Assembly (NCBI GenBank): GCA_964016885.1
Contig: OZ024741.1
Coordinates: 318,680,001-318,744,000, forward strand
Origin: Eledone cirrhosa
Lineage: Eukaryota
DNA: 64,000 nucleotides
Direction: 5' to 3'
The position numbers were made by a program, and so were the translations under genes. This document shows, in pieces, positions 15,956 through 30,289 of the stretch. Within the stretch, counting starts at the first letter, position 1; every line of letters starts with the position of its first letter. The notes under the pieces were generated by a model. It was not told the DNA's origin and did no database searches. It was given only the letters and a program-made list of their open reading frames with translations.

Positions 15956-17217
15956 ATACTTATGCTGTGCCAATTCTAACGCCAAAATTTGGCCTGCTGA
16001 ACTCGTCATTGCAAGAACTAAGTGAGATGGATGTTAGAACTCGCAAACTTCTCAGTGTTACTGGGAACTTTAACATCAATGATGATGTGGATAGGCTATA
16101 CTTCTCACGCAAGGAAGGTGGCCGGGGTCTAAAATCCATATTAACATCATATGAGACCCGGATAGTAACACTGAAGCAACACCTTCAACAGAAGAAAAAG
16201 GTTGGCAACCATCTTGCCCAGGTTTATGAGCATGAAAAAAAATATATCATTAGAATTGCCACTGATCTGGAGGAGAGATATGGAATAAAGCCTGATATAA
16301 ATCTCTCACCCAGAGAAATCGGAAGATCCTATTCAATGTTCAAACAAGATGAAAAAATTGACCAATTTACAGAAAAAGTTGTGCATGGATACTTGAGACG
16401 TAAAACACAGACCATAGAGGGGATAAACCACTCAAAAAGCCTGGCATGGAGTTCCGAGAAGTTTATGACATCACACCTTGAGGGATATCTCTATGCAATA
16501 CAGGAACAAGAACTCCCTACCAAATATCTGCTGCACAAAAGGGGAGGGCCATCAGCTGACAATAAATGTAGGCTATGTAAAACAAAGATCGAGGATGTAA
16601 GCCACATTGTTGCCAGCTGCGAAAGAATGTCATCTCGCTACTACCTCCCCATGAGACACGATGGGATAGCTAGAACCATCTGGAACGCACTTCGGAAAAC
16701 AAAATTAACAACAAACGGGGAAGAATATATTGAGACAGATGGCACTAAGGAATACTGGTGGAACCTGAAAATAAAAACTGCCACCAAATTAAAGCACAAT
16801 TGGCTTGATATTGTTGTTTGGGACCACACATTGAAAACGTGTTCTGTTGTGGAGATCAGTTGCCCACTTGTGTAAACGTTGTCAGAAAAATACAGGAGAA
16901 GGAGGACATCTACGGACCATTGATGAGGAGTTTACAAATCCAGTATCCAAGATACACCTTTAGCTTCATACCCATCATTATTGGAGTTACGGGTTATATA
17001 CCAACCCGCTTGCACCAAAGTATGTCTGAAATTGGATTTGCGGACAAAGAGCGCAGCTCCCTAATTCATAGTCTACAAATGGCTGGGATAGCTGGCACCT
17101 TCAAAAATTTGCAAAACATTCTTGCGATTCAAGGGATGACAATTTCTTTTCTTTTACAACCTGCCACCAGGAAGGTGGCCGGTCAAAAAAATATACTCGA
17201 AATTAAGAGAAAGAGAT
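15956..17217 (+). mobile_element. 5'-truncated RLE-type non-LTR retrotransposon (R4/Dong-like), copy 1
   Basis: DVDRLYFSRKEGGRGL, AIQEQEL, CCHC knuckle CRLCKTKIEDVSHIVASC, RHD, degenerate PD..D site HNWLDIVVWD...VEISCP, PIIIGVTG; frameshift near 16870; (CATA)n on both sides. Confidence 0.88.
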
Positions 17218-17279
17218 AACATACATACATATGCAGAGAAAGAGATAACATACATACATATGCAGTACATACATGATAT

Positions 17280-19712
17280 TCTATCGGAGGTATCTTACTG
17301 GAGATACATCTTAAGGGAGATACACTTATACCAGAATGGTTGACATTAGCACAAACATTACTGGACCCCAAGAACAAAGACACCCACTTGGCAAAAAACT
17401 ACCGACCCATTGCATGCCAGAACCTGGTGTATAAGATGTATACAGCCTGCCTGAACCTATTCCTCCAAGATCACTGTGAAAATAATAACATCATCACAGA
17501 TGAACAAGCAGCTGGAAAGAAAGGGGTTGTGCTGAACAACTAATCAACAAAACTGCGATGTCGGAGGTGCGACAACTTAGGAGGAATATGGCTACAGTCT
17601 GGCTGGACTACAGGAAAGCTTTCGATTCTGTTCCCCACTCTTGGGTGATAGAGGCCCTCCAACTTGCTAAAGTCCCAGACATTATTGTCTTCTTCTTGGG
17701 CTACTATCCTAAGGTTAAAGACAGAGAGGGAGGACTCTATTTTCACTGATAAAATAAAATATTGCAGGGTATATTTCAGGGGTAGAGTCTCTCTGTGATA
17801 TTATTCATCTTGTCATTAAACCCCTTGTCCTTTCTGCTCAAGAAATGTGAGGGATACATCATTGGCTCACAGGAGGACAGAAATACGAACCTAACCCATA
17901 ATTTCTTTGTGGACGATCTGAAACTCTATGCCAAGAACATGGAGGGGATGAAAAAAAATCTTGACCTGGTTACAACGTTCTCAAAGGATATAGGAATGGA
18001 GTTTGGCCAAGATAAATGCTCATACATGACTGTAAAGCGGGGAAAAACAACAACCCAATCTAGCAACATTGTCATCAATGGCCTAACTGTTTCACCGATA
18101 TCTGATGAGGACTGCTACAGATACCTGGAGATAGATGAGAACATATCCTATAATGGTATCTGTAATAAAGAACGCGTAACCAGGGAATACTACACCCGAT
18201 TAAGAAAGATCTGGTCATCGGAACTCTCTGCGCAAAACAAAATAGTGGCTCACAATGTGTTTGCTGTGCCTGTCCTAACACCAACGTTTGGAATACTTAA
18301 TTGGACGATAGACGAAATCTGAGCAGTTGATGTTGGAACTCGAAAATTACTAAACAACACCGGAAAGTTCCACATCAACAGTGGCATAGACCGCCTTTAC
18401 TTGAAACGTAAACAGGGAGGCAGAGGCCTAATATCAGTCCAGACAGCATTTGACTGTCGCATCATATCCCTCCGACAACATCTACGAACCTCGAAGCGTA
18501 GGAGCCCGTCTCTCGAGCAAGTCTATCTGCATGAAACAGATAAGATCATGAGAGTTGGGAAGGAACTCCTCAAAAGATATTCCCTGTGTGATAATCAAAA
18601 CCTCACACCCAGGAAAGCCGCTCAGCAGTATCGCAGTGAATCCATGGATGAAAAACTGCATGCTTATCAGCAAAACATCATGCATGGATATGTTGCCAGG
18701 AAGCTCCAGAGTGAGAGTAATATAGATAAGGAAAGTAGTCTATCTTGGACCAACAACCGCTATATTGGCTCCCACTTTGAAGGATACACTTTCGCAATCC
18801 AAGAACAGGAGATTAACACGAAATACCTAATTCACAAAAGAGATAGGGATGCAGGCAACACACCTAGGTGTGATAACAAGTGCAGACTCTGCAGAACTAA
18901 CATCGAGGATATCACCCATGTCATCAGCAGCTGTCCAAAGATGTCATCGCGGTACTATCTACCTATGAGGCATGATGTAGTGGACAAAACACTGTACAAT
19001 GCAGTTTGTAAGAAAGATAGCCCCGATAATAAACACATTAAAAGCTACAGCAATGTGGAAGACATCCATGTACATAATATGAAAGAGTACTGGTGGAATG
19101 TTCCAGTAAAAACCCCAATAAAATGCAGACATAACAGACCAGATATTATGATATGGGACAGGGAGAAGAAAACATGCACAGTAGCAGAGGTTAGCTGTCC
19201 AGCAGATGCTAATATAATATTAAAGATTTGCGAAAAGGAGAATATTTATGCAGAACTGATGAGAAATCTGCAGATACTCCACCCTTATTACACCTTCAGA
19301 TTTATGCCTGCGATTATTGGGGCACTGGGGTATGTTAGTAACTGCCTCAATACAAATTTTGAGAAGCTAGGCTTCACAGGAACAGAAAGAACACAACTAG
19401 TTAGGAAATTGCAAGTACAATCCATTAATGGAACAGTAAAAATATGTAAAACATTCCAAAGATTTTGCATCTAATAACTGCATATACACATGTACAGATA
19501 CAAAGCATATACACATGCACACATACAACTCAAAACATACACATCCACACATACAATAACATCCATATCTACACATGCATGCAGGCATGCATACATACAT
19601 AATTTACCTATTTGATGTTGTGTAAATTCCAGTGAGAGAGTATTGTCTATGCTAGAAACCGACTCTCTCTCTATTGGTAAAGCTTTGTGAAATTATAAAA
19701 CCAGAAGAATAT
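17280..19712 (+). mobile_element. 5'-truncated RLE-type non-LTR retrotransposon (R4/Dong-like), copy 2
   Basis: NYRPIAC, WLDYRKAFDSVPH, GIFQG, FFVDDLKLY (RT); CRLCRTNIEDITHVISSC, RHD, HNRPDIMIWD...EVSCP (RLE); in-frame stops and frameshifts; 3' end joins (CATA)n at 19715. Confidence 0.92.
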
Positions 19713-20021
19713 ACATGCATGCATACATACATACATACATACATACATACATACATACATACATACATACATACATACATACATACATACATACATACAT
19801 ACATACATACGTATGTATGTGTGTCTGTATTTACGTTTACATCGCACGCTTAACAACTGGTTCTGTTTGTGTAAGTCCCGTAATACTGTCATCAGCCTTA
19901 CACACACAGACACACACATAAGAAATTGGTTAAGGTATTCAGCCCACGATTTTAACGTTGTTAGTCCCGGCGACATATTGTGTATTTGAGCAAGGCACAT
20001 TAATTCACGTTGCTCCAGTCT

Positions 20022-20216
20022 CAGACCTGCCAACCTCTAAAAACCCAAACGGGGCGTACCATGGGAGAAAGTGCCTCAAAACGGGGAGAAATGAGCTAGA
20101 ATGGGGAAATTTTACATAGTAAAAGCTATACCCATTTTCACAAAAGAAGACATCTTTCACCCAGCCCAAAGTGGGTGGAAGAAGTCCCCGTCGGACGGGA
20201 AGAGTCGACAGGTCTA
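20022..20216. mobile_element. Second copy of the CAGACCTGCCAAC MITE, inserted in a SINE
   Basis: CAGACCTGCCAAC...GTCGACAGGTCTA; interior is the reverse complement of 13208-13386; SINE sequence resumes on both sides. Confidence 0.72.
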
Positions 20217-20801
20217 CAGTCCATCAAGCTGGTAAATATGAGTTGTAGCTGTTGTTCAAAGGTCCAGCCTGGTCCTACACTGTGATCACACAGAATTTCC
20301 CTGAGAACTACGTTAAGAGTACACGTGTCTGCTGAACGCTTAGTTAATTTCCCGAGCAGACTGTACTGTTGTTCGAAAAACTGGTACACTCATTGTCGAA
20401 ACTGAGGAAGCAACAACATAAGAAAGATGATTATAAAATTTGCTAAACTTATTTTTGTGGAGACGCTTATTCCTCCGAGTTTTACTTGTGCTAAGAAAGC
20501 AATAAGTACTTAATTCTGTACAACAAAACTCATTTAGAATCTAATTATCGGTTTAATTACTTAAACACAAGAATTTTAATGAAGAGAAAATCAAATTTTA
20601 TATCGTTTAAATCTCACCCAATTTTGGCGGTAATATAATATAGGCAAGAGTAATAAAATAGGTTGAAACCTTATTTGAGCATTTTTAGTCGTGGATATGT
20701 AACTAAAGCTTGGCTCCCTACTTTGATTGTGATAATATTGAATTGTGTGTGTGCGTGTGTGTGTGTGTGTTGTGTCTGTGTCTGTGTCTGTGCCTGTGCC
20801 T

Positions 20802-20836
<35 letters not shown>

Positions 20837-22354
20837 AGTGTGTGTGTGTGTGCGCGCGCGCGCACGCGCGTGTGTGTGCAGGCGTGAAGAGTTAACACTA
20901 GAAAACAATCAATGCTGATATATATTAGTTTAACGTCTGATAGAGTAGGGTAAATGTCATAACCTTTCCGATGTTAGTCCTTCATCGAAAGATAGAATGA
21001 GAACGAGAAGAAACAGAAGATTAGACGAGAGTAAGAACAGAAAGAAAAGAGGATTTTTTTTTTCAGTAGTTAGCCAGCCATTTTGTATTCAAGGTAGATT
21101 GGAACTCACAATATTGCTTATATCAACTGGAAAGAGGTGAAAATCTAAAATTGACTTCGGCAAGATTTGAACTTGCAAGAATAAACCAATGAACAATTAA
21201 GATAAAAAATGACTCTCTTTGTAGCATATGCAGAAATGTATATAATTATATACACGCGGAGATCACACATGAAAATAGGCACAAATGCTGATTCATCACA
21301 CACGCAAATAAGCAAGAACATACAGTTATCATGTATATACGCTTACAAACAGGCTTAGGGGAGCAGCACCGAGGTTTACACGATCTCATGAACGAGTTAT
21401 CGAGTTATTTCTATACAGCATAAAGAATATTTATTTCTTAGGATTAATAGCACAAGCAGGAAATGAGTCGATTATCAGTTTGAACCAAGGAAACCATATT
21501 TCCATTGGTCTTACCAATTGCGGATATTATCTGTCGATTGCAACTCCTGACAGAAGGGGGTGAGACTTGAAATCAGAACTCGCAAAGCCTGAACAAATAC
21601 TACAACGAATCCTGTCTGACCCCAATTCTGTCAAGCCACCGCTCTGAAATGATAGGCAAAGTTGACATCGGCAGAATTTGAACTCAGAGCGCAGTGAGCC
21701 AGAAGAAATAGTAAGGTATTTAATCCAGTGGTCTTACTCTGCCAATTCGCTATCTAGTAACATAGAATAAAGTGATATAGTTCAAATCTAGAATCGATAC
21801 AGTTAGAATCTCATCTAGCTTATCATGTGATCACTATGTATGTCATTAGTATTGATTTTTAACAATGACTGAAAGCGACACATTTTCTGGGGGCGGGGAG
21901 ATTACATCGACCGCACTTCTTCACAAGTCCTTATTTTATCGACTCTGGAAAGGTGAGAGGCAAAGTGTAGCGATTCTGATATATTTCAGTCCATCTTCTT
22001 CCATTTCAAAGTCCTTCGTTTAAAAAATATGTATGAAAAAAAAAGCAGAAAAATATTCATATGTATGATAATAATAGAGTCACATCTCTATCGAACCAAT
22101 GAAGGACTTGGATTCCCTGTCTGATTACGTACTTAACTGACCAGAAATAGCAGTCATTTGTCTCTGAAATTGCACCTTACCATTTAAACGAAATGGAATT
22201 GATACATTACATAGTGTGGTTCCAGAAATTCCTAAAAATCGAATGCTAACAGCTGAATTGTCTTTGATCATAAATTTGGTCAATTAGCGTTAAACATTAA
22301 CAAAAATGACCAATATCATTAACACAGAGTGATTGAAAATAATGGCATGTAGGG

Positions 22355-22640
22355 ACCCATATATATAAGAATAAAGGCATATATGAGACCATATACAATA
22401 GAATAAAGGAATATATAAGTCCATATACAACGGAATAAAGGAATATATAAGTCCATATGAGTCCATATACAACAGAATAACGGTTTATACAGATCCATGC
22501 CGATGTATACTATAAATAGATAAAGGAATATACAGATCCATATACAACATGTTGATGTATACTTTGAATAAATACAGGCATATATAGATCCATATACAAC
22601 AGAATAAATTATATATGGATCCATATACAATATGTTTACG
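22355..22640. repeat. ~32-bp minisatellite (CCATATACAACAGAATAAAGGAATATATAAGT-like)
   Basis: About 8 diverged units by inspection. Confidence 0.85.
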
Positions 22641-23336
22641 TACAATATAAATAAATAAATAAATAAAGTCTCGATAAGAGTATTTTTAACCGTGATCGTA
22701 ATTACCGCAATTACCTCAGCAATATACATGTATTTTAGAGCAAATAACCACAATCAACACTTACATACACAGAAGACAATATCGTCAACTTTCTAAACAA
22801 ACTATTCTTTGTGATGGCTGTGTACAAATTATTCAAGCTAAACTGGTTAATATTAATTAATTAGTTCAAATCCCGCCGAGGTTAACTTTGCCTTTCATCC
22901 TTACGGGGTCGATAAAATAAAGTACCAGTAATACACTTGGTAATTGCTGGCCATGTGCCAAAAGTGGAAACAATTAATTAATTAGTTCTAGCACCAATAA
23001 ATCGTGATTCAGAATAAAGGTGTAGATGGAACCATGTATAATAAGTTTACTTATATAAACATACATTTAATCTCATTATGAGTGTTTTAAGCCGTGATCG
23101 TGACACAGCCACCTCAGCATCGGGATAAGAGAGGTGGACGCATGTCTTTGTTGTTAGAATTCATAAGCATTTTCTTATTTAAGCCCAAATGCTGAAACAT
23201 TAAAGACAATAACTTCTCGGATAACGACAGCTAACGAACAGCATCCACTGTTATTACGCCAATACACATATATACACACATATATACATATATACATACA
23301 TAGTTACACACACACACATAGCGTGAACCTAATATA

Positions 23337-24796
23337 TGTTTCTTTATTAGCCACAGGGGCACAAAAGATGAGGACAAATACAAAGAGGGAAGTTTACATA
23401 CAATAAAAACGTGTAAAATATTATCACAAATGCAATTAAAAAATTAATAGATTTTCCCCAATAGGGGGAGACATTTCATATGGGTAACACATACCCCCGA
23501 AAAAATGTGCAACCCTCATCTCCAGGAGTACGAAGAGTTTGTACCCCTTTCATCTCTTCCTCTTTTTCCTCAACCTACAAGCTGATATAGAGAGAAGGCC
23601 CATTCACTCGGGCCATTCTCGCCACTTTCACCCACCTTTCATAAAACTTGCTGGGGTACAGCACTTCTCTCTCCATCCTGATTCTTCTTCCAAAGTGGTA
23701 TTTGAAAAAAAGAATCAGTTGTTGGCCGGAGAGAAAGGTGTCTGACCTCAGCCCTTTTAACCTCGTCCACCATACAACCTCCTTCGCCATAGCTATCACA
23801 CAAAGGAAAACCACCGAGGGGGGGGGGGTTGATCATGACAATGGACTCGGTCGTCAACTGGATTGGTCCCACCCGCGACAATAGTCGTTCTACATAGCCC
23901 CACAGGTCGGTAACGCCCGGGCAGCGTATGAATGCGTGCGCGACGGTTTCTTCGTCTCGCACGCATCTCGGACAGATCTTTTTCGAAGAGTCCCTGCTTG
24001 GGCGCCCATATCTGTAGAGCTTGTTTCGAACTGGTAGAGCTTCTCGGTAGCACTGCCAGGCCAGGGACTTTTGGAAGTTGTCAATCGCTCCCGGGCGGAA
24101 GGTCCTACCGAACAGACTGGCCAGTTCGTCTTCCTCTACGCCTAGATTTTCTCCGAGCGCGTCGTAGCACTTGCTGCGGATCAACCCTCTATAGAATGAC
24201 AAAGTGGAGTCTCCACTGATCGCCGGGTCCGTTTGCCAGAGGACTGTGAGCGCCTGAGCACATTCGATGTGCCAGTCGCTCATTTTCCTCGGTCTTTGCT
24301 TAACCCAGAACTGCAGCTCGGTCAGCGAGATGAGTTGTGGGAAGGCTTGCCTCACGAACGGGGCCCACACCGGTTGTCCGGTGAGGAATACGTAGAGGTG
24401 CCGCAGCCTGAGCGCGTGTTTGCGCATCGTCAGCCACGGCATCTCAAGCCCGCCGTTGGAAGGGTGTTGGCAGCAGATGGATCTTCTCACCAAAGGAGCC
24501 CGCTTCTTCCAAAGGAATTGGAAGAGCGCGCACTCCATTTTGGTGAGCGTTTTGGCTGGACAAGGCACGACGGTCAAGCGGTAGTAGATGACAGACGCTA
24601 TAAAAGTGTTCGCCACCTCCACTGGACCGTTCAAGGAGAGTTTGCACTCGGCCCACTTCTGGGTGAGGGCAAACACCTTGGCCGTGACCTCGTTCCAGTT
24701 CTTCTCCACCTGGAGGTCCGGACCAAACCAGACCCCGGGCAGCTTCACCGGTCCTTCTGTCCAGCGTCCGACGACGCCATCGGAAGGCATCGGTTT
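23337..24796 (-). mobile_element. 5'-truncated Tx1/L1-clade LINE with 13-bp TSD
   Basis: ORF 24790-23639: VKLPGVWFG, NW, LSLNGPVEVAN, FLW, GGL.MP, CCHC CPRCVRDEETVAHAFIRC; minus-strand AATAAA at 23343-23348; TSD TGAACCTAATATA at 23324-23336 and 24797-24809. Confidence 0.9.
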
Positions 24797-24855
24797 TGAA
24801 CCTAATATAATTGTGTAATTTTGCTTCCTACGTTTTGTTCGTTTGATATATTAAA

Positions 24856-24918
<63 letters not shown>

Positions 24919-24919
24919 G

Positions 24920-25024
<105 letters not shown>

Positions 25025-25137
25025 ATATATATATATATATATGTGTATATATATATATATGTGTATATATATATATATATATGTGTATATATATCGAGCC
25101 CTCTTTGGATTTTAGTCTTCAATTTTATTATTATTAC

Positions 25138-25197
<60 letters not shown>

Positions 25198-25206
25198 TGT
25201 ATATGG

Positions 25207-25393
25207 ACAAGTAAGACCCCGACGGCTGAGCTCAAGCCGTTTCGACGGCTAATTGTGTACAGAATTAGCCGTCGAAACGGCTTGAGCTCAGCCGTTGGGG
25301 TCTTACTTGTTCCTATTACCCACTCTACTACCCTAAGTATTGAGTACTTTGGTACGTTATGATCCACCTGGTTCCTTACCACATTTCCTTCGT
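25207..25393. mobile_element. Fold-back pLTR-like fragment, family F (copy 1 of 4)
   Basis: Palindrome 25207-25310 (..AGCCGTTTCGACGGCTAATT / AATTAGCCGTCGAAACGGCT..) plus unique arm ending TTCCTTCGT-(TA)n; also at 36679-36873, 54171-54379, 54401-54594. Confidence 0.8.
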
Positions 25394-25497
25394 TATATAT
25401 ATGTATATATATATATATATATTTTATATATATATATATATGTATATATATGTATATATATATATATATATATTTTTTTTATATATATATATGTATA

Positions 25498-25545
<48 letters not shown>

Positions 25546-25611
25546 GAAGAGAGAAGAAACATTTAGATATAATTAGTAATAAAATGTATCATACCTAAAC
25601 TGCTTCTAGAT

Positions 25612-25701
25612 TCCTCGACTACGTAGTTTCGTGGCATAAACAAAAACAATATATCATAAAGATATAGAGTCCTTGCGAGGTCTGCCGACTTATCAAGAGG
25701 A
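25612..25701 (-). ncRNA. Degenerate type I hammerhead with long stem II
   Basis: UCCUC uUGAUaA GUCGGCAGAC...UGCCAC GAAA CUACGUAG UC^ GAGGA; palindromic stem III; two core substitutions. Confidence 0.6.
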
Positions 25702-25966
25702 TACCTCATTTTACTAGTCTCAAGAACGCGTCTACACGACGTGAGAAAGAATCCAAAAAGGCGGAGGGGGAGATAGTCACGCGATATAACTGTCGAGAAA
25801 CAGAGCTAAGCCTCTTATAACCCCGAAGAAAATACCAGGGAGGCGGAGGGGGTATTTATATCGAAGCCGTAGAAGAGGTGGTGAAGGAGGCGAGAAGTAT
25901 GAGTAATGGAAGCTTTCCAGCTGTCCCTACACTTCAAAGATTGCTCGACCAGAGGGAGTTATTAAC

Positions 25967-26300
<334 letters not shown>

Positions 26301-26627
26301 GTGTGTGTGTATGTATATATATATATATGTAGATTTATTTAATTATGTCTCATATAAAATAATACAACCAACTTTCCACGAAATACTATATAGTTAGCAC
26401 CCCAAACACTTAATTGGGATTATACTTAGGTATATACTAATGTTTGTTGAGTGAGATGGAGTTGGTCAGAGTATCGCTTAAAGCTTTCTCTGTTAATGTA
26501 TTAAATATATATATATATATATATATATAGTATTAAGGATACTATTTATGGTTATGTATATATTTATGGTTATGTATATAACTATAAGCGAATAAATGGT
26601 TTAAACAGAACTTCGATTCATGTAATT

Positions 26628-26768
<141 letters not shown>

Positions 26769-28356
26769 ATAATAATAAAATAGAAGACTAAAATCCAAAG
26801 AGGGCTCGATAAGGAAAATATATATCAAATATATAAGAACCGTAGAGCAAATATTTATTAAAATAACAGATTAAAGTTTAAGCAAAGAATCGTTGCTTTC
26901 ACCCTTCTGAAACTAACCTATATATATATACAAACGGTGTGACACTGTCCACTTTTCCGTCTCAAGGGGTTTCTATGTCCAACTTTGACTATTTTCTATA
27001 ATCAAAAACGTGTGTTGTAACTGTTAACTCTAAGTTAACTTAATTTTCAAATAATTCATATATGTATATATTCAGTGTTTTGAGACCAAACACCGCCTAA
27101 ATTTAATTTTTTTTCCTTTCAGATGAACCATAGCTATCATGAGAGTTTTAAGAGAAACTCGATTAACGTAAGCTATTCTTTCCGTAAAGATTTGTTTGAT
27201 CAATTAACCATTTAAATTCCAAAAACACTTTTCAGCATCAATAAATCTATCATTTCCTCTTTTTGTAATTGTATTTCTCCAACTATTGTCCTCTTAACGG
27301 TAATTGCATTTCGAAAGCATTAGATTATTTTGCTAAGTCGCTACTAAACAATAACTCTGTGTTTACATTTAAACACGGGATTGACTGAAAACAAATTAGA
27401 AGTGTGCTTTTATCGGCTTACCCGTTCTTTCAAACATCTCGAAAAGAAGTATTCAACAAGTTTGTGCAAGTACATTTTGTTTTTGAAAGAATCTAGTCTG
27501 GCAGTTTTTAAATTATAATGGAATATTTTAAGGCAGGCCGCACCACATAAACTTGGATCCTACCATTTAAACTTAAGTTGTAAATTGTATTTAAGTAAGA
27601 AGTTTTCATTTTATTTTTTCGGAACGATGACGCATTAAATGGAAGGTCCGAATTATTCAGTTCCTGTCGACACGCTTCTAAATATATTCTTTGTAATTAA
27701 TTGCTACCAAATAGTTAATTTTCGTATTTCTATCTGAACAATGAGATCATTCGCCTCCATTGTTCTGGACCCCATCATCACTTCTTATTTAAATTCCTTA
27801 ATTTGTTTTTCTTTTGCTTCATACTAGAAGATTTTATTTAACTTTTATACTTTAAATCTTTCCTTGATACTCGCTTTTTAATTTACACTCATATATTTAT
27901 ACATGTCTTCCATGCTTGCCCATTTAGATTTCTCTTATATGCTTTATGTTATTATTATGTTATAAATATATATATTTACACCAGTTCTTTCTTTGTCTTT
28001 TATTTTCATTTTTTTTCTTTTCTTTTCTATTCGGACATTTCCCTTCCCAACCGTTCAATTATTCGATATACAATGGTTATGCAGTTGGCTAACAAGATTC
28101 AAATTTAGCCAATCGAAACTTGTCCAGATAGTCTGCACTGTATGTCCTTCAAGTATCTTTCTTATGTTCCATTTTTGATAATTGAGCAGAGTCACAATTC
28201 ACAAAGATTCGCACTCTAATTAACTATAATATGTAACTCTACTTATAGTACTGAGTACCCTCTCTTCTCATTCAGTTTCATGCGTATATATATATATATA
28301 CATTCATGCATACATACTTTATATATACATATGCATATCTATACATACTTTATATG

Positions 28357-29140
28357 CGAGGTTTGTCCCAAAAGTAAGGGTACTGGTGTTTTATTTAAAT
28401 TAATATTAGTCGTACATTAAATTACAAATTATCTCCTTCAAATACAACCTTTGTTAAGTCACACAGGGTTTGGACGTTTTCCCATTGATCGTGGCAGTAC
28501 TAGATATCATTTTCTGTGGGTGTCCTTAACTCGTCGTTACAATTTTTTGTATGTTTTCCACAGTCCAAAAATGGTGATCCTTCAACTTCGATTTCAACTT
28601 AGGGAAGAGGTAGAAATCATACAGAACTAGAGCTAGGCTGTAGAGAGGATATGGAAGAGTGGGAATGTATTTCTTTGGCAGAAATTCTCTAATTGAAAGT
28701 ACTATGTGAGCGGGCGCTTTATCGTGGTGCTGTACCTAATCTCTTGCAATGTCTTTTTGGACACGCAGGACCTGTTTTCGAAGTCGTTCCAAGACATCTT
28801 TGTAGAATGTGCGATTAACTGTCTATCCTAGAAGTAGAAATTCTTTGTGAACAATACTACGGCTGTCGAAAAAATGATAATCATCGTTTTCACCCTGGAT
28901 CTGCTAATACGTGCTTTCTTCGGGCGAGGAGAAATTTTAGTGTGCAACTCCTCACTGTGCCGTTTTGTCTCTGAGTCATACTCAAGCACCAATGATTCAT
29001 CTCCATGAAATTTGGCTCGATTCCGAGTGTTTCTGACAAGTCCTGACAAATTTTCAATCGGTTCGCTTTTTGCTCCACAGACAGTGTTTGGGATTTAATT
29101 TTGCACAAATTTTCCACATGTGCAAATAGTCAGTTAAAAT
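28357..29140 (-). mobile_element. Degraded mariner transposon relic
   Basis: TIR-like CGAGGTTTGTCCCAAAAGTAAGG; minus-strand fragments LSVEQKANRLKICQDL, GDESLVLEYDSETKR, PRPKKARISRSRVKTMIIIF and a degenerate YSPDLAP.D region. Confidence 0.8.
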
Positions 29141-29238
29141 TATGTAAAAATTACACATGCGCAGCACAAGTACACATATTTCACGAAAACAAGATTGTGT
29201 AAAACAGAACAGAGAGACACAAAGTAACAACAAATGTA

Positions 29239-29281
29239 GTCACTGAGGAGTTCACAGAATGTGTGACGAAAGAGCTTTGAC
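29239..29281 (+). ncRNA. Minimal type I hammerhead, family B
   Basis: GUCA CUGAGGA GuUCACA-gaaug-UGUGAC GAAA GAGC UU^ UGAC; homologous to 49242-49284. Confidence 0.7.
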
Positions 29282-29945
29282 AATCAACAATTAAACATTA
29301 AATAGAGAGGTCTAACAAGTAAGAAAATATAAAGCGCCACATTGAGTACTATACAAATGCTAAACCAAAAAAAAAAAACAAGTTAAAATTTGACAGTGAT
29401 GAGTATGGCAGAAAATATTTATGAAATCCATGTGAGATATCTTACAAAATACAATAAAAAAAAAGAATACAAATAGTTAAAATAATAATAAAATGACCTA
29501 AAACAAAATGATGAATAAAGGTTACACACTTCATAACTTCATAAAAAAATAATGTTTGGAAATTAATGTGACATTTTAGAGAGTGATCCAAACAGTGACC
29601 AGATTAGACATGCATGCGTGAATAATTTTGCCATAGTTTTCTGAAGTTGCTAAAACTAACTATGATTGAAACACACTAACACTATATGGGGAACCAAAGC
29701 AACGGTAGGGTAGGTGGTCTGGGATGGGAGGGGGGAGGGGGGCAGTAACGAGTAAAACGAGTAATGTGTCATAGAAAATAAATAGACAAATGTTAAGAGC
29801 TGTGTGGTTAAGAAGTTCACTCCGGAACCACGTAGAGGCGCAATGACACCTTGATCCATTGTCTTCTATTGCATGTTCTTGTCGATTAATGTATATTGAT
29901 GGGTTTTATAGTTGTGCGATCAAATGAGCATAGTACCGTTTAAGT

Positions 29946-30289
29946 CGGAGGTTCTCAAAGTGGGCGCTACTGCCCTCCCTCCTCGCTCCTGTGTGTGTGT
30001 GGCGGAGGGGGGGGCATTTAAAAGGTCCAGGGGGAATGAGGCCTAAGGGGGTGGTGTGGGTGGTAGATATGATATTATAGTATATTAAATATCAAATGAT
30101 ACATATTATACATAAATATAATAAAATAAAAAATATATAATATATATTTCTACATAGTATATATCATATCATTTATTATATATAAATTAACGATTTTATT
30201 TATTATATAATTTTGAAATAGGGTTGGGGGTACTGTGGGTTTCACGTGGCCGTGAGGGGACGGTGGCCAAAAAAGTTTTAGAACCTCTG
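29946..30289. mobile_element. hAT (Charlie-like) MITE
   Basis: TIRs CGGAGGTTCTCAAA / TTTAGAACCTCTG; 8-bp TSD GTTTAAGT / GTGTAAGT. Confidence 0.8.

Noticed and set aside
26930-27940. Possible decayed DNA-transposon transposase
   Set aside because: No recognisable motif or matching TIR pair could be established by eye
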